Translations under genes and position numbers: made by a program
IMG/VR virus record: IMGVR_UViG_3300022738_000051
Coordinates: 1-38,836 of that record
Source: a virus
Taxonomy: Duplodnaviria; Caudoviricetes
Strand: one strand, 5' to 3'
Length of the DNA stretch: 38,836 bases
Notes under the pieces: model-generated
What the model saw: only the letters and a program-made list of their open reading frames with translations
Told to the model about the DNA's origin: nothing
Databases searched by the model: none
Part shown: piece by piece, positions 18,468 to 26,169 of the stretch
Numbering within the stretch: the first letter of the stretch is position 1
How the letters are laid out: the number at the start of each line of letters is the position of its first letter

Positions 18468-19685
18468 TTGCCGATCACGCTGAAGCCGCTACCGCCGCTC
18501 GATGCCATTGCCGCCTTCGATCTTCGCAAGGCGAACCTCTCCGAATCCTTCTCCTGGCAGGATTTCTGGCAGGAGGATCATGCTACGGCCTTCACCGTGG
18601 CGAAGTCGGCCGGCTTCGACATCCTGAAGGACGTTTCCGACGCCTTTGAAAAGGCTTTGAAGGACGGGCGTACGCCGGCCGAGTTCGCCCGGTCGCTTCG
18701 GCCGGTGCTGGAGGCGAAGGGATGGTGGGGCAAGAAGCTGGTCGAGGACCCGCTTACGGGCGAGGTGCGGCCGGCGCAGCTCGGCAGCGCGCGCCGCCTG
18801 CAGACGATCTTCGACGCGAACATGCGGGTATCCTATGCGGCCGGCCACTGGGCTGGCTTCGAGCGCAATCGGCGGGGGCGTCCCTTCCTGCGGTATGTCT
18901 GCATCCTGGATGAGCGGACCCGCCCTGCACATCGCGCCAGGCACAATCTCGTCCTGCCGATCGACCATCCCTATTGGGACATGTGGGCGCCGCCCTGTGG
19001 CTGGAACTGCCGCTGCACGCTGCAGAGCCTTTCCCAGCGTGACATCGACCGGCTGCTGGTAGAAGGCGAGGAACTGCGTTTCGAGCCGCCGGAAGACACC
19101 TTCCGCAACTTTGTGAACAGGCGCACCGGGGAGATCATGCGGGTCCCGGACGGCATCGATCCGGGCTGGGCTTACAATCCGGGCCGTGCCGGCTACGAGG
19201 CGCGCGTCAACAGAGCCGTGGCCGAGAAGATCGCCGATGCTTCGCCCGAGCTGGTGAAGGCGGCCGTCGAGGAGCGTGTCGGCAGCAGCGCCTTCGAACG
19301 GTTCGTGACCCAGCCGCAGGGCAGCATGCCCGTCATGCCGATATCACCCGCGCTCGCGGCTTCTCTCGGCATAGACGCCCGCGTCGCGCTCCTGTCGGCC
19401 GAGACCATGGCGAAGCAGATCGCCCGGCATCCGGAGATGACGATCGCGGACTACCGGCTGTTGCCGAGTTTCCCCGACAAGGCGACCATTGCCATTGTCG
19501 ACGGCCCGCTTTCTGTTGTGCTGATCCGGCTTGCCAGTGGGCGGTGGCTTCATGCCGTGGTCAAATCGACCAGGAGCCGGAAGGCTGCATTCCTCACCAG
19601 CTTTCGATTCACCAGCGAGGACCGCGTGCAGAAGCTCATCGAGCGCGAGGGCGCGCGGATCGTGTTCGACAGGCGGAAGGAGTGA
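18468..19685 (+). CDS. MuF (gp30) head morphogenesis protein with C-terminal PBECR-like nuclease extension
   Basis: AFTVAKS, RRLQTIFDAN, DERTRPAH, PPCGWNCRC, GIDPGWAYNPG; then an extra domain KQIARHPEMTIADY...AVVKST...FLTSFR. Confidence 0.85.
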   Translation: MPITLKPLPPLDAIAAFDLRKANLSESFSWQDFWQEDHATAFTVAKSAGFDILKDVSDAFEKALKDGRTPAEFARSLRPVLEAKGWWGKKLVEDPLTGEVRPAQLGSARRLQTIFDANMRVSYAAGHWAGFERNRRGRPFLRYVCILDERTRPAHRARHNLVLPIDHPYWDMWAPPCGWNCRCTLQSLSQRDIDRLLVEGEELRFEPPEDTFRNFVNRRTGEIMRVPDGIDPGWAYNPGRAGYEARVNRAVAEKIADASPELVKAAVEERVGSSAFERFVTQPQGSMPVMPISPALAASLGIDARVALLSAETMAKQIARHPEMTIADYRLLPSFPDKATIAIVDGPLSVVLIRLASGRWLHAVVKSTRSRKAAFLTSFRFTSEDRVQKLIEREGARIVFDRRKE

Positions 19686-19776
19686 TGTGCACGGTAGGGC
19701 CTCGCAGGAACCCTACATAGCGGTCCCATCCGGAGATGGTCCTACGGCCGCGAGAATGTCACCGTGTCACGCGCAC
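19683..19776 (-). ncRNA. candidate tRNA-like structured RNA convergent with muF
   Basis: 7-bp closing stem, three arms, GGUUC in the last arm, CUCGC/GCGAG loop-loop complementarity; G-U pairs only on the - strand; promoter immediately upstream. Confidence 0.65.
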
Positions 19777-19782
19777 CGGAGA

Positions 19783-19812
19783 GATATAGCACGACCGCTC
19801 CCTTTCTTCAAA
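19783..19812 (-). promoter_or_regulatory. sigma70-type promoter for the antisense RNA
   Basis: - strand TTTGAA-N17-CTATAT (equivalently TTGAAG-N17-TATATC), close to the rhizobial CTTGAC-N17-CTATAT consensus; predicted start ~19776-19778. Confidence 0.65.
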
Positions 19813-19984
19813 TTCGGCCAGGGAGGCGCGTAGGCACCTCCGAACGAGCCTTGAGGCGCGCGAAGCCACGATGCGCGTCTACGGCCTTCAAATCGGCTTC
19901 AATTTTGATGCTAGCCGCCGTTGCCCCATCTCATGGGGGCAGATATGGTTGCCGCATACGAGACATGACGAGAGTTCCGACCTG

Positions 19985-20002
19985 CCGTCCGATTTCGGAC
20001 GG
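19985..20002 (+). promoter_or_regulatory. late-promoter activator dyad, copy 2 (head operon, Mu PI equivalent)
   Basis: CCGTCCGA-TT-TCGGACGG identical to 12419-12436, 35 nt upstream of the protease ATG. Confidence 0.75.
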
Positions 20003-20037
20003 GGTATTGCCGTATCGCCTCCGCCTTAGATGGCGGC

Positions 20038-21177
20038 ATGAAAAACGCGCTCTCCCTTCTCGCCACCGCCATTCTTTCGGCGCACGTCACCGAGCTTTCG
20101 GATGACGCTGCCGATGGCGTGTGGATCCAGTTGATCCCGGCTGGCACCTTCAGCGGCCGCGACGGCCGCGGCCCGTATCATGCCGGTGACGAGAAGAGCG
20201 TCCGGCAGATCGCCGACCTGACGCGCCAGTACCATGGCACGACCGACATCGTCATCGACTACGAGCACCAGACCCGGAACGCCCTGGAGAACGGCAAGCC
20301 CGCGCCGGCGGCCGGATGGATCAAATCGGTCGAGGCGCGCAACGACGGTCTCTTCGGCCGCGTCGAATGGACGGCCGCTGCCGCCACGGCGATCCGCGCG
20401 AAGGAATACCGCTATCTCTCGCCGGTCTATTTCCACGGCAAGGACGGCAAGATCTTCGCCCTGCAGAACGCGGCGCTCACCAACGCGCCCAACCTCGTGA
20501 TGTCGGAAGTCTCCGCTCACTCGATCTTCCCGCAAGCCCAAGAGGAACCCATGAAGAGATTGCTCGCCGCCCTCGGCCTGGCCGAAGGCGCAAGCGAGGA
20601 TGATGCGCTCGTCGCCATCAACTCGTATCTGACCAGCTCGACGGCGATCGCCGTCGCCGCTGGCCTGACCAGGGACGCCAAGTCGGACGCCATCCTGACG
20701 GCCGTTCAGTCCGCATTCGCCGATCGCAAGAAGATTGCGATCGCGGTCGGCAAGCCGGAAACGGCCAGCGCCGACGAGATCGTAACGGCGATCAGCGCCG
20801 CCCAGACGGCGGGGGCCGTCGATCCGACCAAGTACGTCCCGATCGCCCAGGTCGCCGCCATGCAGGCCGACCTGAACGCGCTGAAGGAGCAGGTCGGCAA
20901 GGACAAGGCGGAAGAGGCCGTCGATGCGGCCATCCGCGATGGCAAGGTCATTCCCGCCCTCAGGGAGTGGGCCATCTCCGTCCACAAGCAGGACCCGGCC
21001 AAGTTTACCGAATTCGTCGGCAAGGCTCCGGTGCTGACCTCTTCGCAGCGGACCGCCACCGCCAAGAATCCCGACAACGGCGGCAGCCAGCTCGACGACG
21101 CCGAGATCGCCGTGATGCGGCAGATGGGGCTCTCCGAGGAGCAGATGCTGAAGGCCAAGAAAGGTGGTGATGCATGA
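20038..21177 (+). CDS. Mu gpI-like prohead protease/scaffold
   Basis: GRDGRGP, IDYEHQT, PAPAAGWI, EYRYLSPV, ALTNAPNL. Confidence 0.93.
   Translation: MKNALSLLATAILSAHVTELSDDAADGVWIQLIPAGTFSGRDGRGPYHAGDEKSVRQIADLTRQYHGTTDIVIDYEHQTRNALENGKPAPAAGWIKSVEARNDGLFGRVEWTAAAATAIRAKEYRYLSPVYFHGKDGKIFALQNAALTNAPNLVMSEVSAHSIFPQAQEEPMKRLLAALGLAEGASEDDALVAINSYLTSSTAIAVAAGLTRDAKSDAILTAVQSAFADRKKIAIAVGKPETASADEIVTAISAAQTAGAVDPTKYVPIAQVAAMQADLNALKEQVGKDKAEEAVDAAIRDGKVIPALREWAISVHKQDPAKFTEFVGKAPVLTSSQRTATAKNPDNGGSQLDDAEIAVMRQMGLSEEQMLKAKKGGDA
20551..21177 (+). CDS. nested in-frame scaffolding protein (Mu gpZ-like)
   Basis: Internal GAGGA RBS (20542-20546) then ATG, MKRLLAALGL..., after the protease domain. 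Confidence 0.65.
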   Translation: MKRLLAALGLAEGASEDDALVAINSYLTSSTAIAVAAGLTRDAKSDAILTAVQSAFADRKKIAIAVGKPETASADEIVTAISAAQTAGAVDPTKYVPIAQVAAMQADLNALKEQVGKDKAEEAVDAAIRDGKVIPALREWAISVHKQDPAKFTEFVGKAPVLTSSQRTATAKNPDNGGSQLDDAEIAVMRQMGLSEEQMLKAKKGGDA

Positions 21178-21584
21178 CGGCGCTTTCCGGTGACCGCAAC
21201 ACGCCCCAGCGCTCGGGCGACACCCGCGAGGTGCCGGCGGCAGCCAGCGCCGTGCTCTATGCCGGCGCGATGGGGGCGGTGAACGCCTCCGGCTATGCCG
21301 TGCCGGTGACGACGGCGACCGGCCTCAAGGGCGCCGGCCGTGTCGAACGCCGCATCGACAACACGGGCGGCGCGGCGGGCGCGCAGCGCGTGAAGATCCG
21401 CGCCGGCATCTTCCGCTACGCCAACTCCACCAGCACCGATGCGCTGACCCAGGCGGATATCGGCGCTGATGCCTACGGCGTCGACGATCAGACCGTCGCC
21501 AAAACCTCCGCATCCAGCACCCGTTCCGTCGTCGGCAAGGTTTTCGACGTCGATGCGGACGGTGTCTGGGTCAAGTTCTCCTGA
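21174..21584 (+). CDS. head decoration/cement-like protein
   Basis: MTALSGDRNT...DIGADAYGVDDQTV...GVWV between protease and capsid. Confidence 0.7.
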   Translation: MTALSGDRNTPQRSGDTREVPAAASAVLYAGAMGAVNASGYAVPVTTATGLKGAGRVERRIDNTGGAAGAQRVKIRAGIFRYANSTSTDALTQADIGADAYGVDDQTVAKTSASSTRSVVGKVFDVDADGVWVKFS

Positions 21585-21593
21585 AGGTGAAGC

Positions 21594-22490
21594 ATGGATA
21601 TTAACTCGACCACCCTCCGCTCCGCCTATACCGGCTTCAATGCAGCGTTCCAGACGGGCATTGCCGAGGCGGACACGATGTATCCGCGCATCGCGACCAC
21701 GGTGCCCTCGACCACGCGCACCCAGGAATACGGCTGGCTCGGTCGCTTTCCTGGCTTTCGCGAATGGGTTGGCGACCGCGTCGTCAACGGGCTCGCCAAG
21801 CACGGCTACACGCTGACCAACAAGTCCTACGAGAACACGATCGGCGTCGACCGCGATGATATCTCGGATGACAATCTCGGCATCTACGCACCGATGTTCC
21901 GCGACTTCGGCCAGACCGCCGTTACGTTCCCCGATACGCTCGTCTGGGCATTGCTGAAGAACGGTTTCGCCGAGAAGTGCTACGACGGCCAGTACTTCTT
22001 CGACACGGACCACCCTGTCCTCAACGACAAGGGCGAGGCCGTTTCCGTCGCCAACACGGACGGCGGCGCGGGAACGCCCTGGTTCCTGGTCGATGACAGC
22101 CGCTCACTGAAGCCGTTGATCTTCCAGGAGCGCAAGAAGTTCACCAACCTCGTGCGCATGGACAAGGAAGACGATGAGGCCGTCTTCTCCAAGAAGGAGT
22201 TCCGCTACGGTCTCGACGGCCGCTGCGCGGTCGGCTTCGGCTTCTGGCAGACCGCCTGGGGCTCGAAGCAGACGCTCGACGCCGCTCACTACGAAACCGG
22301 CCGCGTCGCGCTTTCCAACATGAAGGGCGATTACGGTCGCCCGTTGGCCGTCAAGCCCAAGCTGCTGATCGTGCCGCCGACGCTCGAAGGCGCGGCCCTC
22401 GAAATCGTCGGCAACCCGCTGCTCAGCAATGGCGGCACCAACAAGTGGTTCAAGACCGCCGAAGTCCTCGTCGTTCCCTGGCTGGCCTGA
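21594..22490 (+). CDS. major capsid protein (Mu gpT-like)
   Basis: YGWLGRFPGFREWVGDR, CYDGQYFFDTDHPV, KPLIFQERK, GFGFWQTAWGS. Confidence 0.96.
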   Translation: MDINSTTLRSAYTGFNAAFQTGIAEADTMYPRIATTVPSTTRTQEYGWLGRFPGFREWVGDRVVNGLAKHGYTLTNKSYENTIGVDRDDISDDNLGIYAPMFRDFGQTAVTFPDTLVWALLKNGFAEKCYDGQYFFDTDHPVLNDKGEAVSVANTDGGAGTPWFLVDDSRSLKPLIFQERKKFTNLVRMDKEDDEAVFSKKEFRYGLDGRCAVGFGFWQTAWGSKQTLDAAHYETGRVALSNMKGDYGRPLAVKPKLLIVPPTLEGAALEIVGNPLLSNGGTNKWFKTAEVLVVPWLA

Positions 22491-22502
22491 CGCCAACGCG
22501 CC

Positions 22503-22529
22503 TTCCGCCCGGTCATGGCCGGGCGGGAA
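22503..22529 (+). terminator. hairpin downstream of the capsid gene
   Basis: CCGCCCGGTC-AT-GGCCGGGCGG inverted repeat without a U-tract. Confidence 0.35.
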
Positions 22530-22582
22530 CCCCGACCCTTCCGGCTCCCGGGAGGAAACCGCAACCACCAAAAGGATGTGCA

Positions 22583-22828
22583 ATGCACTACCACCGCATT
22601 CTCGTGTCCGCAGCCATCGTCTGCCTCGCCGCCCTCGGCCACGTCGTCGCCTTTGTCGGCCCGCTGATCGTCGCCCCGCTGATGTACCTCGTCCGGGATG
22701 CCCCGGCGGCGGCGCTCCATCTGTTCGTCGTGTCGATCAAGCCGGCGGCCTTCCGCATGATCGGGCTCCTGGCGCCCGAATACCGCGAGAGCTGGCTGAC
22801 GGACGGGCAGAGCCTCGGGGCGACCTGA
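22583..22828 (+). CDS. small hydrophobic membrane protein (81 aa)
   Basis: AAAGGA RBS; ILVSAAIVCLAALGHVVAFVGPLIVAPLMYL. Confidence 0.6.
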   Translation: MHYHRILVSAAIVCLAALGHVVAFVGPLIVAPLMYLVRDAPAAALHLFVVSIKPAAFRMIGLLAPEYRESWLTDGQSLGAT

Positions 22829-22844
22829 GCGCACTGTCATACCT

Positions 22845-22873
22845 CCCGCGCCGGCTTCGGCCGGCCGGGTTTT
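22845..22873 (+). terminator. rho-independent terminator candidate
   Basis: GCCGGC-TTCG-GCCGGC core with a CCCG/CGGG extension, followed by TTTT. Confidence 0.55.
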
Positions 22874-22926
22874 CCGAGGCGGATCGACGGCGATCCCCTT
22901 CGCAAATCCCGAAAGGAAAAACGCTC

Positions 22927-23601
22927 ATGGCCAATATCTCCAAAAAGGTTTCCAAAGCTCCGGCCGAACCCGAGGCGAAGATCGCCGAGGGAGAGACGGA
23001 GACCAATGCTGTTGCCGTCATCGACGACGCTGCGGCGCCCCCGCCGGGTTTTAGCGTTCCCGGCGGGACCAACACCGCAGAGAGCGCGAGCGGCGCTGCT
23101 GCCGGTCCGGCTTCGGCCGGTCCGGTGAAACCGTTGGGAGAGGAACCGACCAAGGGCATGGTGCCCGAGGCGGCGTCACCGTCAATGCCTGGCATATCCC
23201 CGGAAGCGGAAGCAGCGGCTTCCGGGATTAATTCCACCGATGCCTCCCAGGGCGCGGCCGAACCCGGGGCCGGCAATTCGGCCGGCTCCGGGGACACTCC
23301 GGCGTTCTTCGGCGTCGATCTGGCCCAGGGACCGGATGTCGGCGCGATCTCGCTCGGTCGCGATTTATCGGCTTCGTCCGACGTCTATCCGCTCACCTTC
23401 GCCTTCCTCTCCTCCTGGGCTGAAAGCGAGACGAAGACCATGCCCACGGGCATCCGCGTGACGTCCAAGACCGATGGCTTCCGCCGCGGCGGCGTCGCCC
23501 ATTCGGCTTCAGGCGTCACGCTCCTGGTAGGCGAGTTCACGCCCGAGCAGTTGGAGGCGTTCCTCGGCGAGCCGGAACTGACGGTCGAGGTCGCCGAATG
23601 A
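22927..23601 (+). CDS. HI1506/Mu gp35-like protein with long low-complexity N-terminus
   Basis: C-terminal IRVTSKTDGFRRGGVAHS...EQLEAFLGEPELTV; AAAGGA RBS. Confidence 0.7.
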   Translation: MANISKKVSKAPAEPEAKIAEGETETNAVAVIDDAAAPPPGFSVPGGTNTAESASGAAAGPASAGPVKPLGEEPTKGMVPEAASPSMPGISPEAEAAASGINSTDASQGAAEPGAGNSAGSGDTPAFFGVDLAQGPDVGAISLGRDLSASSDVYPLTFAFLSSWAESETKTMPTGIRVTSKTDGFRRGGVAHSASGVTLLVGEFTPEQLEAFLGEPELTVEVAE

Positions 23602-24029
23602 CCTACGTTACCCAGCAGGGCCTGATCGACCGCTTCGGTGAGCTGGAACTCGTCCAGCTCACCGACCGCGTCAATATTCCGGTATCAACGATCGACCCGG
23701 TCGCCGTCGGCCGCGCCCTGGATGATGCCTCGGGGCTGATCGACAGCTATCTCACCAAGGTCGTGAAGTTGCCGCTCGCCGTCGTCCCGGCCGCGCTGGA
23801 GAAAAAGGCCGCCGATATCGCTCGCTACTACCTGCACGGCAAGTCGGCCGACAAGGACAGCCCTGTCACCCGTGCATACAACGAGGCGGTGGCCTGGTTG
23901 CGCGACGTCTCCCGCGGCCTGGTCGAACTGTCGGCCGGTGGCGAGACACCGGCGCCGGCCGGCGGCGGCTCCGTCAAGGCCGTTGCCCCGAACCGGGTTT
24001 TCACCCGCGATAGCCTGAGGCACCTGTGA
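23598..24029 (+). CDS. Mu gp36-like head-tail adaptor (DUF1320)
   Basis: MTYVTQQGLIDRFGELELVQLTD...DIARYYL...YNEAVAWLRDVSRG. Confidence 0.9.
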   Translation: MTYVTQQGLIDRFGELELVQLTDRVNIPVSTIDPVAVGRALDDASGLIDSYLTKVVKLPLAVVPAALEKKAADIARYYLHGKSADKDSPVTRAYNEAVAWLRDVSRGLVELSAGGETPAPAGGGSVKAVAPNRVFTRDSLRHL

Positions 24030-24595
24030 TGCCCGGCACCTCGCTCCTCCTCGATGACGAACTGTCTCCGGTCCTCAGCGCGATCGGCGTTGCGATCTCG
24101 CATCCGGGCGCGCTGACGGCCGAGTTTGCCGCAGCAATGCTGTTCTCGACGCAGCGGCGATTCGAGCGCGAGACCGGGCCGGACGGTGCCAAGTGGCAGT
24201 CACTCGCGCGCCGCACCACGATGAAAAAGATCCGTGGCCGCCGTCGTGGCGCCGCCCATATCCTGCGCGTGACCACGCAGCTCTATTCCAGCCTGGTCGC
24301 GGCCTCGGACGATCGGTCCGCCGAAGTCGGCAGCAATCTCGCCTATGCCCGCGTTCACCAGCTCGGCGGTGACATCAACCATTTCGCCCGCAGCCAGCGT
24401 GCGTCCTTCAAACGTATCCGTGGCCGCCATCGCTTCGTCAGGCCCGGCACCAAGGGCGCTGCTGAGCGCAACATCACCATCGGCGAACACAGCGTGCGCA
24501 TTCCACCGCGGCCCTATCTCGGCTTTTCCGAACAGGATCGCGCGACCCTTGTTGAGATCGGCCAGGAGTGGCTGGAGCGGGAGGGGCAGCGTTGA
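24029..24595 (+). CDS. virion morphogenesis protein (Mu gpG / tail completion S family)
   Basis: RRFERETGPDGAKW, VGSNLAYARVHQLGG, IPPRPYLG. Confidence 0.88.
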   Translation: MPGTSLLLDDELSPVLSAIGVAISHPGALTAEFAAAMLFSTQRRFERETGPDGAKWQSLARRTTMKKIRGRRRGAAHILRVTTQLYSSLVAASDDRSAEVGSNLAYARVHQLGGDINHFARSQRASFKRIRGRHRFVRPGTKGAAERNITIGEHSVRIPPRPYLGFSEQDRATLVEIGQEWLEREGQR

Positions 24596-25011
24596 TCTCC
24601 TCCATTATTGCCCGCCTCCTGGAAACCGGCACGCCGTTTCGCATCTGCGGAGGCGCCGGTGACCTTGCCGATGTCAAGGACCAACCGCCCGCGCTGCCCG
24701 CCGCCTATGTCTATCTGGCGCGCGAGCGCTCCGAACCGAGCGATCGCATCGAGAGCGTCTTCCAGCGGACAGCCTGCGATATCGGCGTCGTCATCGTGAC
24801 GAGCAATCTTTCCAAGGCGAACAACGCGGCGGCGGCGGGCGATGTTGAGGCGCTCAAGACCTATGTGCGCCGCCAGCTCCTGGGCTTCCTGCCCGATGGG
24901 GCGGCCGACCCCCTCGAACACATCGAGGGCGAATTACAGCAGGCGCTCGCCGGCACGGTCTGGTTCGAAGACGTCTTCTCCACCGCACACTACCAGGAGA
25001 GCGAAACATGA
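24592..25011 (+). CDS. tail terminator (Mu gp37-like)
   Basis: TTGA-coupled start with GGAGGG RBS; LPAAYVYL...VRRQLLGF; synteny. Confidence 0.7.
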   Translation: MISSIIARLLETGTPFRICGGAGDLADVKDQPPALPAAYVYLARERSEPSDRIESVFQRTACDIGVVIVTSNLSKANNAAAAGDVEALKTYVRRQLLGFLPDGAADPLEHIEGELQQALAGTVWFEDVFSTAHYQESET

Positions 25012-25187
25012 TCAGCAAGGGCGGATCGTACATCAAGAAAGACGGCAAGCTCACGCGGGTGGGCGGAACCGAAGAGCCGAAGGCGGCCGGCGTCGCCTCG
25101 GGCGGGACAACCTCGCGCCCGCAGGCGGAGGCGGAAGGGACCGCCGCCTCCGCCGATCCCGGTAACAAGGGCAGAAAGGGAGCCTGA
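25008..25187 (+). CDS. small hypothetical protein (59 aa), not in the ORF track
   Basis: AGGAG RBS, ATGA overlap; MISKGGSYIKKDGKLTRV...KGRKGA. Confidence 0.65.
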   Translation: MISKGGSYIKKDGKLTRVGGTEEPKAAGVASGGTTSRPQAEAEGTAASADPGNKGRKGA

Positions 25188-25189
25188 CC

Positions 25190-26113
25190 ATGCCGCGTTT
25201 CTTCCGCAATCGCGCGATCCTCGCGAAAATCGAAACCGTCTATGGCACGGACGCCGCGCCCACCGGCGCTGCGAACGCCATGCAGATGACGAATGTTGTC
25301 TTCAGCCCGTCGGTGGGGCAGGAGGAGAAGCGAGACTTGGTGCTGCCCTATATGGGCCATCAGGGCGTGATGCTCACCGGCACGCACGCCACCCTCGCTG
25401 GTGAAGTCGAGATTGCCGGTTCGGGCACGGCTGGCACGGCGCCGGCCTATGGCCCGCTGCTTCGTGCCTGCGGCATGGCCGAGGTGGTCGACGCCGGCGT
25501 CGACGTCCAGTACAGCCCGATCTCGGCGCTGCACGAGGCTGTGTCGATCTATTTCAACGCGGACGGCGTGCGGCATGTCCTTCTCGGCGCGCGCGGCACC
25601 TTCACCCTCCAGCTCACACCGCAGCGCATTCCACGCTTCGCCTTCACCTTCACGGGCCTCCTCGGCACGATCACGGATACGGCGCTGCCGACCGTCGACG
25701 TCTCGGCCTTCGTCAGGCCGATCGTGGTCAACAAGGCGAACACGACCTTCTCCCTGCACGGACTGGCGGGTGCGGCCGAGGGCATCACGATCGATCTCGC
25801 CAACCAGATCGAGTCGCGTTTCCTGATCGGCCAAGAGAGTATCCAGCAGGTCGACCGCCAGATGACCGGCTCGGCGATCATGGAGGCCGTCAGCCTCGCC
25901 ACCAAGAACTGGTACGCGATTTCCGAAGCCGAAACGCTCGGCGTGCTCGCAGCCCAGCACGGCACGACGGCCGGCAATATCGTCGGCTTCGACGCGAGTG
26001 CCGTCCAGATCGGCCGGCCGAGCTACGGCGAGACCCAGAAGATCATCAACAACACCCTGCCGCTGATGCTGACCAACCCGGGCAGCGGTGAGTTCGTCAT
26101 CACGGTCAAATGA
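25190..26113 (+). CDS. major tail tube protein (non-contractile)
   Basis: ILAKIETVYGTDAAP, GPLLRACG, GARGT; no sheath gene in the window. Confidence 0.82.
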   Translation: MPRFFRNRAILAKIETVYGTDAAPTGAANAMQMTNVVFSPSVGQEEKRDLVLPYMGHQGVMLTGTHATLAGEVEIAGSGTAGTAPAYGPLLRACGMAEVVDAGVDVQYSPISALHEAVSIYFNADGVRHVLLGARGTFTLQLTPQRIPRFAFTFTGLLGTITDTALPTVDVSAFVRPIVVNKANTTFSLHGLAGAAEGITIDLANQIESRFLIGQESIQQVDRQMTGSAIMEAVSLATKNWYAISEAETLGVLAAQHGTTAGNIVGFDASAVQIGRPSYGETQKIINNTLPLMLTNPGSGEFVITVK

Positions 26114-26118
26114 TCCAG

Positions 26119-26142
26119 CCGGGCGGTCCGCCCGGCATCTTT
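26119..26142 (+). terminator. hairpin after the tail tube gene
   Basis: GCCGGGCGG-T-CCGCCCGGC followed by ATCTTT. Confidence 0.5.
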
Positions 26143-26169
26143 GAAGTGTCTCTAAAGCGAGGAAAAACG

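Noticed and set aside
19683-19776. Canonical tRNA gene
   Set aside because: The middle arm has a 4-nt loop rather than a 7-nt anticodon loop, the T-like arm is non-standard and the 3' end is AUCA. It is reported as a tRNA-like RNA instead.
19531-20147. ORFs 19531-19833, 19764-20105 and 19911-20147(-) as an immunity gene for MuF
   Set aside because: No RBS, Arg/Pro-rich off-frame composition, and overlap with muF, the protease gene and the promoter elements.
22491-22582. Assignment to the Mu-gpT-DE RNA motif
   Set aside because: Only the position is suggestive; I can see just one simple hairpin and cannot run a covariance-model search.
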